A stretch of DNA of 64,000 bases, from positions 416,001 to 480,000 of the forward strand of contig CBDDBZ010000038.1 in NCBI GenBank assembly GCA_965225945.1, in the 5' to 3' direction. Source of the stretch: Alphaproteobacteria bacterium (GTDB taxonomy: Bacteria; Pseudomonadota; Alphaproteobacteria; GCA-2731375). Positions 20,057-29,759 of the stretch are shown piece by piece (the first letter of the stretch is position 1; each line of letters starts with the position of its first letter). Below the pieces are notes generated by a model. That model was given only the letters and a program-made list of their open reading frames with translations. It was not told where the DNA came from and did not search any database. A program made the position numbers and the translations under genes.

Positions 20057-20521
20057 TCAGGCGGCGGTCTTGCGCTTCGGCTTGGCCGCGTCCTGGGCCG
20101 TGTCGGTCTTGACGACCGCCTGGAACTCGGTCACGCCTTCGAGGAAGCGCGCGTTCATCAGCTCCAGCAGCTCAGCCCCGGACTTGGCCGTGAGATCGGC
20201 GATCTCGCGGGCGTGCGCGACCTGGGTCTCGACCGCCTTGCGGGTGATCTCGACTTGCGCTTGGGCGCTCTCCTCCGGCGTCGCCGCCTGCAGCACCTCG
20301 CGGGTCGCCTCGGTCACGTCCTCGAAGCCCCGGCGCAGGATCTCCGCCTGCATCGTGGCGATCGCCTGGAAGGCCTCGCCGGCCTTGCGGCCCGCGACCG
20401 CCACCGCCTCGACATTGCGCCGGTGCGCCACCTGCATGGCCTCGTGGTCGAAAGCCACCGGCTGGAAGACCTTGGCGAATTTGGCCGGATCGAACTCGGC
20501 GAAGGGAGAGTTGGTATACAT
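20057..20521 (-). CDS. phaP: Phasin (PHA granule protein)
   Basis: Ala/Glu-rich helical protein with RRNVEA...G...Q pattern; PhaR-type boxes upstream. Confidence 0.8.
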   Translation of the reverse strand: MYTNSPFAEFDPAKFAKVFQPVAFDHEAMQVAHRRNVEAVAVAGRKAGEAFQAIATMQAEILRRGFEDVTEATREVLQAATPEESAQAQVEITRKAVETQVAHAREIADLTAKSGAELLELMNARFLEGVTEFQAVVKTDTAQDAAKPKRKTAA

Positions 20522-20574
20522 CTGTTCGGCTCCTCGGCTCAGCCCCCGGTGCCGGATCGGCTCTCGCGGGCGAA

Positions 20575-20654
20575 ATGTTGCAGTGCAATAAACGCACACC
20601 TTATTTATTGCATCGCCGAAGAAAGTCAAGAGGAAAATTGTGCAGTGCACAATT
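20575..20654. promoter_or_regulatory. Two PhaR-type operator palindromes upstream of the phasin
   Basis: TTGCAGTGCAA (20578..20588) and AATTGTGCAGTGCACAATT (20636..20654), both with a TGC-N3-GCA core. Confidence 0.7.
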
Positions 20655-20668
20655 CTTTTTTCAGGCCT

Positions 20669-21355
20669 TCACTCCGCACGCCCTGACGGCGGCTCGGGCG
20701 GCGGCTCGGGCGGCGGCTCGGGCGGCGGCTCGGCCGCGCCTCGATGCCGCCCACCGGTGAGCCAGCGGGCGATGGCATCGGCCCGCCCCAGCCCCTTGTC
20801 GAGGGCCGACATGGTCTTGCCCTGATCCTCGCTGTCGTCGTCGAGCCAGGCACGCAGCGCGCCCATGTAGACCAGGCCCAGGCCCTCGACCTGGATCGCC
20901 CTGAGCGGCCCCCAACTCGGCAGCCGCGCCGCCTCCAGCATCCAGACCAGGCTGCCGCGCCGGGGGCCGCGCGCGAAACAGGTGGCGAACGCCGGATCGC
21001 GCCGCATCTCGGCGACGACCGCGGCGATTCCCTTCTTCTGCGCCGCCATGGCGTCGAAGCGGCGCATCATGACGTCGAACAGGCGATCGCGCGCCGGCTC
21101 GTCGGCGATTGCCTTGTCCGTGCCGTCCAGCACGATCTCGTCGATCCGCCTGACGTAGGCGGCGAGCACCGCGAATTTGGAGGGCGCGTGGCGTCGCGCC
21201 TGGCTGAGCGGCACGCCGGCTTCGGTGGCGATGTCGGCGAGCGTGGTGTCGCGCCAGCCTTGCACGGCGGCGAGCGAGAGGGCCGCCTCGGCGAGCCGGG
21301 TCTGGATCTCGTTCGGGTCCCGGGGCCGTGCCCGCGAGCGCTTCGCCGTCGCCAT
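20669..21355 (-). CDS. TetR-family regulator-like protein (alphaproteobacterial type)
   Basis: AALSLAAVQGW...LADIA.EAGV HTH; RDRLFDVMMRRFDA; WLDDDSED..KTMSALDK.L. Confidence 0.8.
   Translation of the reverse strand: MATAKRSRARPRDPNEIQTRLAEAALSLAAVQGWRDTTLADIATEAGVPLSQARRHAPSKFAVLAAYVRRIDEIVLDGTDKAIADEPARDRLFDVMMRRFDAMAAQKKGIAAVVAEMRRDPAFATCFARGPRRGSLVWMLEAARLPSWGPLRAIQVEGLGLVYMGALRAWLDDDSEDQGKTMSALDKGLGRADAIARWLTGGRHRGAAEPPPEPPPEPPPEPPSGRAE
20687..20733. repeat. 12-bp coding tandem repeat x4 (PEPP tail of the TetR protein)
   Basis: CGGCGGCTCGGG repeated, last copy 11/12. Confidence 0.85.
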
Positions 21356-21522
21356 GCCCTGCCTCCCTGGAGCATCCAAATCATAACGAATTCTCTCCTT
21401 TCGCGGAATGGCCCGGCCGAACAATCTGGTCTAGCGATAGAACGTCGAATTCGGCGCGACGCTGCAGGGCGCGCGAGGCGATCGGCGACGACCAAATTGT
21501 CTCGCCCACGACGCGCCTTCGC

Positions 21523-21663
21523 CTAGAGCAATATCCGAACGGATTGAACCGGTTCGGTTCAATCCGTTCGGGTAAAATTGCTCTATTCTCCAAGTTGGTA
21601 GAGCAGCTTTATCCGCCAGTTGGATCGCCGAAGGCGATTCCAACTGGACGGATGCTGCTCTAG
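21523..21663. repeat. Two-hairpin intergenic palindromic element with CTAGAGC...GCTCTAG ends (CIR/Bru-RS/RIME-like)
   Basis: Hairpin A 21524..21585 (16-bp perfect inner stem), 13-nt linker, hairpin B 21599..21662. Each is bounded by TAGAGC/GCTCTA. Confidence 0.8.
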
Positions 21664-21739
21664 CATCGAGGCGGGCGGCACGGCGTTCCGGCCCGGGCCA
21701 CGCGTGATAGGGTCCGGCGGCACGAGGGGCGCGAATGCC

Positions 21740-22974
21740 ATGCGGATCGGCATCATCGGGGGCAGTATCGGCGGCTTGGCGGCGGCGCGTGAACTGCGAC
21801 GGCTCGGCGCCGAGGTCCGCGTCTTCGAGCGCTCGCCCGGCGTGCTGCGCGACCGGGGCGCCGGCATCGGCCTCGACGCGCCGACGCTCAGCTATCTGCT
21901 GGCGAACGGCCTCCTGGACGGCATTTGGAGAAGACGCGCCACGCCTTCCTCGCCGGCGACGACCGCATCCTCTGGTCGGCGCCCGGCGCCATGGCGGCGA
22001 CCTGCTGGGACGTTCTCTACCGGGGTTTCCGGCGCGAGCTACCGGATCATTGCTACGCCGGCGGCGTCGCCTTGAGGGCGCTGGAAACCGACGACGCGGG
22101 GGCGACGGCGTTGCTGTCGGACGGCCGGCGCGAGCGCTTCGATCTGCTGGTCTGCGCCGACGGCGTGGATTCCCGCGCCCGCCAAATTCTGCACCCCGAA
22201 ATGGCGCCCGCGTTCGCCGGCTATGTCGCGGTGCGCGGCCTGATCGACGAGGCGGCGCTGCCGGGCGATGTCCGGGGCGAGATCCGGGAGCTCTACGTCG
22301 ACGCCCTGGTCCGCTATCTGGTCCCGGGCGGCCACGTCATCTTGTACATGGTTCCGGGCCCCGATCCCGCCGCCGGCGGCTTGGCCCCGGGTGGGCGGCG
22401 GCTCAACTGGGTCTGGTATGTCAACCTATCGCCGGCGGAGCTGGAGGCGGCGCTCACCGATCGGGACGGGCGCCGGCGGCGGCTCTCGGTACTGCCGGGG
22501 ATGATGGCGCCGGTTGCCTGGGCGGGTTTCCTGGCGCGGGGCCGAGAGCTCTTCACCGGCGCCTTCGCCGCGGTCATGGAGGCGACGGCAAGGCCTTTTC
22601 AGCAGGCGATCTATTCTTTCATGGCGCCGCGCCTCGTGGACCGACGGCTGGCGCTGATCGGCGATGCGGCGCATCTCTGCCGCCCGCACGTCGGCTCCGG
22701 CTCCAGCCTTGCGATCGCCGACGCGGTGGCGCTCGGCGAGGCGGTGGCGGCGCATGGCGAGGACGTGTCGGCGGCGCTCGCCGCCTTCGAGGCCGAACGT
22801 CTGGCGACGGTCGCGGCCATGGTCGAGCTCTCGGTCCGGATGGGCGAGGCGCATCAAGGCCGGGAGGTCGACTGGTCGCGCATGACGACGGCGCGGGTCG
22901 AGGCCTGGTGGGCGGCGATGATGGCGGGCGGAGGGATCTATTTCGACGCCCGCGCGGGCGAGGAGGGGCAATGA
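21740..22974 (+). pseudogene. FAD-dependent monooxygenase (2,6-dihydroxypyridine hydroxylase-like), frameshifted near 21925
   Basis: GGSIGGLAAA...VFERS...RGAGI is in one frame; DLLVCADG, YVAVRG, RRLNWVWY and LIGDAAH..RPHVG are in another. Confidence 0.8.
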
Positions 22975-23033
22975 AGCTCGATGGCATGAGCGCGACGGGC
23001 CCGTTTTGGCGGCTGGCATGGCGAACTTCCGGT

Positions 23034-23062
23034 TTGCCTTTTGTCGTCCGAGGGAATATGTC
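23034..23062 (+). promoter_or_regulatory. Putative sigma70 promoter of cspA, implying a 5'UTR of about 135 nt
   Basis: TTGCCT-N17-TATGTC; long leaders are typical of cold-shock genes. Confidence 0.4.
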
Positions 23063-23205
23063 TGCCGCATCAGCGCCTTTGAGATACGCGGCGTATCGGG
23101 CTTCGTCACGCCGACCTAGTCGTCATACTCCTCGCAACTCTGTTGGCTGAGAACCGGCGAGGCATGTCGCGCCGTCGGTCGACACCAAATTGAAGGATAT
23201 GACGT

Positions 23206-23415
23206 ATGACGAACGGGACCGTGAAGTGGTTCGATGCCTCGAGGGGCTTCGGCTTCATCACCCCAGACGAGGGCGGCAAGGACGCCTTCGTGCACATTTC
23301 GGCGCTCGAGCGCTCCGGCATCACCGGCCTCGACGAGGGCCAGAAGGTCGAGTACGAATTGCAGCCCGGCCGCGACGGCAAGTCCGCGGCGGAAAATCTG
23401 CGCCTGGTGGAGTGA
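23206..23415 (+). CDS. cspA: Cold-shock protein
   Basis: GTVKWF...RGFGFI (RNP1), AFVHIS (RNP2). Confidence 0.93.
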   Translation: MTNGTVKWFDASRGFGFITPDEGGKDAFVHISALERSGITGLDEGQKVEYELQPGRDGKSAAENLRLVE

Positions 23416-23483
23416 GCGGGCCCGGGAACGCGAGAAAGGGCCCACCTCGCGCGGGCGCTATGATCTCGGACCCTTCGAACTGA

Positions 23484-23526
23484 GCCGTGAAAGGAGGGGC
23501 CGTGAAAGGAGGGGCCGTGAAAGGAG
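23484..23526 (+). repeat. 15-bp tandem repeat x3, each copy containing a Shine-Dalgarno sequence
   Basis: GCCGTGAAAGGAGGG x2 plus GCCGTGAAAGGAG. Confidence 0.9.
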
Positions 23527-23532
23527 AACGCC

Positions 23533-23742
23533 ATCGTTACCGTATTCGTCCGTGACAACAACGTCGACCAGGCGCTCCGCGCCTTGAAGAAGAAGATGCA
23601 GCGGGAAGGATTGTTCCGCGAGATGAAGCGACGTCGACACTACGAAAAACCCTCGGAACGTCGCGCCCGCGAAACCGCAGATGCCGCCCGTCGGTTCCGC
23701 AAGCTGCAGCGCAAGCGGGCCCAGCGGGAAGGCCTGATCTGA
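23533..23742 (+). CDS. rpsU: 30S ribosomal protein bS21, probable non-canonical ATC start (not in ORF track)
   Basis: (I)[46 protein letters not shown]...EGLI*; in-frame TGA at 23518; AAGGAG 6 nt before ATC. Confidence 0.93.
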   Translation: MVTVFVRDNNVDQALRALKKKMQREGLFREMKRRRHYEKPSERRARETADAARRFRKLQRKRAQREGLI

Positions 23743-24005
23743 TACTGGCCGCGCCGGCGGCAAATTCTCTCGCCGATCCGATTCCCTAGCGCGGTTGGGG
23801 CGAGAGGCCGAGGAGTCGTGGATAGGTCCGACGGCTCGCCGATGGCCACATACCCACCAAGATCAATCGAGCCCGCGGCCCTTGCTACCGGTCGCTCCCC
23901 CGGGACGGATCGAGCCTGCGCGGACGGACCGTCCTCGCGCGTGCCCATGAGCGTTCTTTTTCCATGCTACCCTCGAGGCAAATCTCGATGGGGAGCCCCC
24001 CGATC

Positions 24006-24425
24006 ATGCGGGACGGTTGGCGCAAGGCGGCGATCGCGGGTGATCACCGTGTCATGGCGGACCTCCTCGCGGCGGGCACGTCCATCGACGCGCTCGACCG
24101 CTACGGGCAGACGGCGCTGATGCTGGCCGCGATGCATGGCCGGGACGAGGTGGTGGCGCTGCTGCTGGAGCACGGGGCCGATCCCGACGTCACGGCGAAA
24201 TATGGATTGAGCGCCCTGATGCTCGCCGTGGTGAACCATCACGATCGTATCGCCCACTGGCTCGTAGACGCCGGCGCGGACACGAGCCTCAGGGCCACCG
24301 GCGCCCCCGGCTTCGCCGGCATGACGGCCCGGGACCTCGCCGAGGATCGCGGCCTCGAGGCGCTCGTCGCCCACATCGAGCGTGCATCGAGGGAAGGGCG
24401 GACCACCGCGGACGAAATCGGCTGA
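24006..24425 (+). CDS. Ankyrin repeat protein
   Basis: DRYGQTALMLAAMHG...LLEHGADPD, YGLSALMLAV repeats. Confidence 0.88.
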   Translation: MRDGWRKAAIAGDHRVMADLLAAGTSIDALDRYGQTALMLAAMHGRDEVVALLLEHGADPDVTAKYGLSALMLAVVNHHDRIAHWLVDAGADTSLRATGAPGFAGMTARDLAEDRGLEALVAHIERASREGRTTADEIG

Positions 24426-24562
24426 CCCTCGCCCCTGGCGCCGCCGCCTCGATCGCCGGCCCGGCGGCGGGCTTTGCGCGGCGGCCCGGATCGATTAGCG
24501 TTTTGCTTCGGGCGTCATCCCGCCGGGGACGAGTCCCAGCCCCGGCGACACGAGAATGATGG

Positions 24563-26167
24563 ATGGGAGAGATGGGGAGCCAGACTTACGACTACATCGT
24601 GGTCGGGGCCGGATCGGCCGGATCCGTCCTCGCCAACCGTTTGAGCGCCAGCGGCCGCCATCGGGTTCTGCTGCTGGAGGCGGGCCGCGCGAGCCATCCT
24701 TGGTCGCGCGTGCCCATCGGCTTCGCCCGGCTGATCGACAATCCCAAGGCCAACTGGTGCTACGAATCCGAGCCGGAGGAGAACACCGGCGGGCGCCGCA
24801 TTCCGGTGCCGCGCGGCCGACTGCTCGGCGGCTCCAGCTCGATCAACGGCATGGTCTTCGTGCGCGGCCAGGCCCAGGACTTCGACACCTGGGCACAGCT
24901 CGGCAATCGCGGCTGGAGCTACCGCGACGTCCTGCCGTTCTTCAAGTCCATGGAGAGCTATACCGGCGGCGACGACGCGTTCCGGGGCCGCGACGGGCCG
25001 CTCGAGGTCTCGGACCTGGACGAGACGGGGCCGCTCTACGATTCGTTGTTGGCGGCGGCCGGCGAAATCGGCATCGAGCGCAACCCAGATTACAACGGCG
25101 CCCGCCAGGACGGCATTTCCATGACCCAGGCGACGATCCGCAACGGGCGGCGGATGAGCACGGCCTATTGCTATCTGCAGCCGGCCCGCGCGCGCTCGAA
25201 CCTGGAGATCCAGACCTGCGCGCTCACCCGCTCGCTGCTGCTTGACGGCACGCGCTGCCTCGGCGTCGCCTATTCGCTCGGCGGCGAGACGCGACAGGCT
25301 CGCGCGAGGGGCGAGGTGATCGTCAGCGCCGGCTCGATCAATTCCCCCCAATTGCTGGAGCTCTCCGGCATCGGTCAGCCGGAACGCCTGGCCGCGCTCG
25401 GGATCGAGACCTTGCACGCGCTTGGAGGCGTCGGGGAAAATCTGCGCGACCACTACGCGCCGCGCATGCTCTGGCGGATCACGGCGGCCGGCGTCACTTA
25501 TAACGACAAGGGCCGGGGGCTCGGTCTCGTCGGCCAGGCCTTGCGCTATGCCTTCACAGGCAAGGGGCTGCTGGGCCTGCCGGCCGCGCCCATCCGGGCC
25601 TACGTCCGCACCCGCGAGGGCTTGGACTCGCCCGACGTCGGCGTCTCGGTGATCCCCTTCCTCGCGACCGACGGCTACCGCCTGGCGCGCGAGCGGGGCA
25701 TCACCGTGATCTGCCACCCGCTCCGGCCGGAGAGCACGGGCAGCATCCACGTCGCAAGCGCCGATCCCGGGACGCCGCCGGCGATCCGCTTCAACTTCCT
25801 CGCCTCCGAAATCGACCGCGCGACGACGGTCGGCGGCATGCGCATTGCGCGGCGATGGATCAACGCCGCCGCCATGGACGGCCTTCGGGGCGAGGAGCTG
25901 GCGCCCGGCGCATCGTTGGAGTCCGACCAGGAGCTGATCGATTGGGTCAAGGAGAACGCGGAGACCACCTATCACCCGATCGGCACCTGCAAGATGGGCT
26001 CCGACCCGATGGCGGTGGTCGACGAGCGGCTCCGGGTGCACGGGCTCCAGGGTCTCAGGGTGGCGGATGCCTCGATCATGCCGACGCTGACCTCGGGCAA
26101 CACCAACGCGCCCTCGATCATGATCGGCGAAAAAGCCGCCAGCATGGTGCTGGAAGAGGCCGCCTGA
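24563..26167 (+). CDS. GMC oxidoreductase (choline dehydrogenase-like)
   Basis: DYIVVGAGSAG, PRGRLLGGSSSING, YHPIGTCKMG, GNTNAPSIMIGEKAA. Confidence 0.93.
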   Translation: MGEMGSQTYDYIVVGAGSAGSVLANRLSASGRHRVLLLEAGRASHPWSRVPIGFARLIDNPKANWCYESEPEENTGGRRIPVPRGRLLGGSSSINGMVFVRGQAQDFDTWAQLGNRGWSYRDVLPFFKSMESYTGGDDAFRGRDGPLEVSDLDETGPLYDSLLAAAGEIGIERNPDYNGARQDGISMTQATIRNGRRMSTAYCYLQPARARSNLEIQTCALTRSLLLDGTRCLGVAYSLGGETRQARARGEVIVSAGSINSPQLLELSGIGQPERLAALGIETLHALGGVGENLRDHYAPRMLWRITAAGVTYNDKGRGLGLVGQALRYAFTGKGLLGLPAAPIRAYVRTREGLDSPDVGVSVIPFLATDGYRLARERGITVICHPLRPESTGSIHVASADPGTPPAIRFNFLASEIDRATTVGGMRIARRWINAAAMDGLRGEELAPGASLESDQELIDWVKENAETTYHPIGTCKMGSDPMAVVDERLRVHGLQGLRVADASIMPTLTSGNTNAPSIMIGEKAASMVLEEAA

Positions 26168-26258
26168 GGCCGCCCGGCCGGCGCCGACAATACGCTGGCC
26201 GACATGGCCCTTGTTGCGATAAGCTTGGCCCGAAGCACCACTAGAGGAGGATCGAGCC

Positions 26259-26750
26259 ATGGCGAGCAAGGGCAAGGCGATCGTCGTGCAGCCGGATGCC
26301 GGCGAGAGCTATTGGCAACCGGTGCCGGCCAACGGCTATGCCGAGGTCAAGATCGGCCGTCGCGATCTCGGCGACGGGCGCTTCGCGACCGGCGTCCAGG
26401 TCATCGCGCCCGGGTCCCATATCCGCGCCCACAGCCACGAGGCCAACGAGGAGATCCTGTTCTTCTTCGAGGGCGAGGGCCGGGTCGAGGTGGACGGCGA
26501 CAGCCATCCGGTGCGGCCGGGCACCACGGTCTTCGCGGGCCACTTGGTGGAGCACAAGATCATCAACGAGAGCGAGCGGCCGCTGAAGATGATGTGGGTG
26601 TTGATGCCGGGCGGCCTGGAGGACTTCTTCCAGGCGATCGGCCGGCCGAAGGCGCCGGGCGAGGCGGCGCCGGAACCCTTCGCCAGGCCGGAGAACGTCG
26701 CCGAGATCGAGCGCGCCACCGTCTTCGCCACCGCCGACCAGGAAGCGTAG
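26259..26750 (+). CDS. Cupin domain protein
   Basis: HSH...EE...EGEG and H metal-binding motifs; GAGGA RBS. Confidence 0.85.
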   Translation: MASKGKAIVVQPDAGESYWQPVPANGYAEVKIGRRDLGDGRFATGVQVIAPGSHIRAHSHEANEEILFFFEGEGRVEVDGDSHPVRPGTTVFAGHLVEHKIINESERPLKMMWVLMPGGLEDFFQAIGRPKAPGEAAPEPFARPENVAEIERATVFATADQEA

Positions 26751-26793
26751 CGCGAAGCCAGGAAGTCTTTAGGCGGGGGAGCCTCGCGAGGAT

Positions 26794-27043
26794 TCAGGGC
26801 GCGATGACGATCTTGCCCATGACCTCGCGGTCCTCGATTCCGCGGATGCCCTCCGCCGCCTCCTCCAGCGGCAGGACGCGATCGATCTCCGGCTCCAAGT
26901 GGCCGTCGCGCACCAACTCCAGCAGCCGGGTCAGGTCTTCCCGTCGCCAGCCGTTCGAGCCCTTGATGTCCAGCTCGTAAGTCCAGATGTAGCGGATGTC
27001 GGTCTTCGGGTCGTAGCCGGCGGTGGACGACAATTGCCCGCAT
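26794..27043 (-). pseudogene. Zn-binding alcohol dehydrogenase/quinone reductase remnant with a large internal deletion
   Basis: RBS plus ATG MRAIVVH is fused out of frame to the C-terminal TAGYDPKTDIRYIWTYELDIKGSNGW...VMGKIVIAP. Confidence 0.75.
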
Positions 27044-27077
27044 GTTGCACCTCGAGTGGTGTGAAGGGAGAAGGCGA

Positions 27078-28592
27078 TCAGACGCCGTCGGGACCGACGT
27101 CGGCGACGGCGCGGGCGATGAGCGAGGCCCGATCGATCTTGTTGGTGGCGGCGAGCGGCAGGTGGTCGACCAGGAAGACGCGCCTGGGGTGTTGGTAGGC
27201 GGGACCATCGCGGAGCGCGTGGGCCTTGACGGCGGCCTCGTCGAGGCCCGCGCCCGCGCGTGGCACGACGAAGGCGACCGGCTTCTGGCCCTTGATCTCG
27301 TCCGCTACCGGCACGACGCAGGCCTGGTCGATATCCGGGTGGCGCTCCAGCAGCGCCTCGACGTCGCCCGGATAGACGTTCTCGCCGCCGCAGTTGAACA
27401 TGTCATCCGCCCGGCCGACGAAGGTGTAGAAGCCGTCGGCGTCGCGCGACATGACGTCGCCGGTGTCGTACCAGCCGTCCGCCGTCATCCGCTCCGCCGT
27501 CTTTTCGGCCAGGTTGTGATAGCCCGGCATTATCGCCGGCGTGTTCATCTGCAACACGCCCTGGTCCCTCTTCCGGCCCTGGTCGTCGACCAGGCGAATG
27601 CCGATCCCCGGCACCGGATGGCCGATGGCGATGTCGGGCCGGGCCAGGCCGTCGGGGTGCGGGCCGAAGACCCCTGCGCCCGCCTCCGTCGTGCCATAGG
27701 CGTTGGCGATCAAGGCGCCCGGGAAGATCCGCTTCACCTGGTCCATCAGCTTCTGGGTCACCGGCGAGGAGCCGGTCATGACGATTTCCACGCTCGAGAG
27801 GTCAGCCGTCTCCAGCAGCGCCCGCTCGCGCGCGACCAGCGCCAGCATGGTCGGCACCGAGGTCAGGAAGCTGCAGCCATGGTCCTCGATCGCACGGATG
27901 TAGGCGGGTGCGGTGAACGCCGGCAGCAACACCAGGCTCGCGTGGTTGGCGAAGGCGATCTTGGTCGAGATCAGCGCGTTCATGTGATAGAGGGGTGCGG
28001 CCACGAGAAACCGATGCGGGGCGCAGTCGGGGTCGACCTTGCGCCGCGTCTCGATCACCCAAAGCTGTCCGGCATGGCTCAGCGGCACGCCCTTGGGCCG
28101 ACCCGACGAGCCCGAGGTGTAGAGAAACATGGCGATCTCGCCCGTCGCCGGTTCCACCGTCTCGAAGGGGCCGGGATCGAGGAAGGCGTCGAACCCGTCA
28201 GGCCCGTCGTCGCCGAAGATAATCGTCGCCACGTCGTCGGGGCACTCGGCGCGGCGATCGGAATCGGCCAGGATCAACCGCGCCTCGCAGTCGTGCAGGA
28301 TGAATTGCACGGTCTCGGGGGCGAAGCGCCAGCTCACCGGGACGGCGACCAGGCCGGCCATCATGGCGCCGAAGTAGCTGGTGGCGAATTCGGCCCGGTT
28401 GGCGGAGAGGATCGCCACCCGCTCGCCGCGCGCGAGGCCGCGCGCCCGGAGCCCGCGCGCGACCGCGCGGGCCTCCGCCCGCACCTCGGCGTGGCTCATC
28501 CTCCGGGGCCGGGCGGGATCGAGCAGATCGATCAGCGCCGGCGCCGCCATGTCGCGCCCCGGGGGCCAAAGATCGCCGAGATTCGTGGGCAC
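27078..28592 (-). CDS. Acyl-CoA synthetase (class I adenylate-forming)
   Basis: YTSGSSGRPKG, YGTTE, WYDTGD, GGENVYP. GTG start with GGAGA RBS chosen; 28643 is an alternative. Confidence 0.9.
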   Translation of the reverse strand: MPTNLGDLWPPGRDMAAPALIDLLDPARPRRMSHAEVRAEARAVARGLRARGLARGERVAILSANRAEFATSYFGAMMAGLVAVPVSWRFAPETVQFILHDCEARLILADSDRRAECPDDVATIIFGDDGPDGFDAFLDPGPFETVEPATGEIAMFLYTSGSSGRPKGVPLSHAGQLWVIETRRKVDPDCAPHRFLVAAPLYHMNALISTKIAFANHASLVLLPAFTAPAYIRAIEDHGCSFLTSVPTMLALVARERALLETADLSSVEIVMTGSSPVTQKLMDQVKRIFPGALIANAYGTTEAGAGVFGPHPDGLARPDIAIGHPVPGIGIRLVDDQGRKRDQGVLQMNTPAIMPGYHNLAEKTAERMTADGWYDTGDVMSRDADGFYTFVGRADDMFNCGGENVYPGDVEALLERHPDIDQACVVPVADEIKGQKPVAFVVPRAGAGLDEAAVKAHALRDGPAYQHPRRVFLVDHLPLAATNKIDRASLIARAVADVGPDGV

Positions 28593-28708
28593 CGCTTCTC
28601 CCGAGTTCGTGTCCTTCCACGGGGGACCATCATGCGACGCCATGGGCGAGACCCGCAACCGGTTCCCGGGAACTCGGTTCCCGGCGCGCCGGCGGCTAGG
28701 TGCCTCCG

Positions 28709-29641
28709 ATGCGCCCGCTCGCCCGCCTGAACGAGCTAACGAACCGCTTCCTCGACAGCGACATCTGGTTCAGCTTTACCCGGTCCAAGGTGACGATGAC
28801 GGCGGCGGCGGTGACCGTTCTGCTGTTGGCCTCGGCCATCCTGGCGCCGCTGCTATCGCTGCAGAATCCCTTCGATCCGGCGAGCCTCGACCTGCTCGAC
28901 GCCTTCAGCCCGCCGATCTGGCACGAGGACGGCGTCTGGCAGTATCCGCTCGGCACCGACAATCAGGGCCGCGACATGTATTCGGCGATCCTCTACGGCA
29001 GCCGGGCCTCGCTCTTGGTCGGCTTCGCCAGCGTCGGGCTGGCGATGATCCTGGGCGTCGGCCTCGGCCTCCTCTCGGGCTATCTCGGCGGTGCCCTCGA
29101 CGCCGTGATCATGCGGGTCGCCGACGTGCAGATCAGATTCCCGGCGATCCTGATCGCCCTGCTGATCGACGGCGTGATGCGCGCCGTCCTGCCGAAGGAC
29201 CAGCACGATCAGTTGGCGCTTTACGTCCTGGTGCTGGCGATCGGGCTCTCGCAATGGGTCCAGTTCGCCCGCACCGTGCGCGGCTCCACCATGGTCGAGC
29301 GCAACAAGGAATACGTCCAGGCCGCCCGTGTGATCGGCATGCCGCCGGTGCTGATCATGCTGCGCCACGTGCTGCCGAACGTCATGGGACCGGTGTTGGT
29401 GATCGCCACCATCGGGCTCGCGGTGGCGATCTTGACCGAGGCCACGCTCTCCTTCCTGGGCGTCGGCGTGCCGCCCACGGAACCATCGCTCGGCACCTTG
29501 ATCCGGATCGGCAACGATTTTCTCTTCTCCGGCGAATGGTGGATCGTGATCTTTCCGGGGCTGACCTTGGCTACCCTGGTATTGGCGGTGAACCTGCTGG
29601 GCGACTGGCTGCGCGACGCCCTCAACCCGAAGCTTCGTTAG
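28709..29641 (+). CDS. Orphan peptide/nickel ABC transporter permease (DppC-like)
   Basis: LGTDNQGRD, EYVQAARVIG, RHVLPN, EATLSFLGVG, GDWLRDALNP. Confidence 0.9.
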   Translation: MRPLARLNELTNRFLDSDIWFSFTRSKVTMTAAAVTVLLLASAILAPLLSLQNPFDPASLDLLDAFSPPIWHEDGVWQYPLGTDNQGRDMYSAILYGSRASLLVGFASVGLAMILGVGLGLLSGYLGGALDAVIMRVADVQIRFPAILIALLIDGVMRAVLPKDQHDQLALYVLVLAIGLSQWVQFARTVRGSTMVERNKEYVQAARVIGMPPVLIMLRHVLPNVMGPVLVIATIGLAVAILTEATLSFLGVGVPPTEPSLGTLIRIGNDFLFSGEWWIVIFPGLTLATLVLAVNLLGDWLRDALNPKLR

Positions 29642-29759
29642 CCGCGCTATTGCGGGGGTAATGCCACATTTCGCGCGCCCAACCGCAACCTTGCCAAGGC
29701 TGGGTGCTTTCTCCGACAATGCGACCCGACCGCCGCCGCCGCGGAAGAGGTGACACGCC

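Noticed and set aside
20687-20733. PEPP repeat as a contingency locus
   Set aside because: In-frame 12-bp unit in a low-complexity tail; no frame-switching effect.
21900-21950. Programmed frameshift in the FAD monooxygenase
   Set aside because: No slippery heptamer or stimulatory structure; matches the window-wide indel error pattern.
28657-28684. Palindrome GTTCCCGGGAAC with a CGGTTCCCGG direct repeat between divergent genes
   Set aside because: Could be an operator, but short GC-rich palindromes are frequent and no cognate regulator is adjacent.
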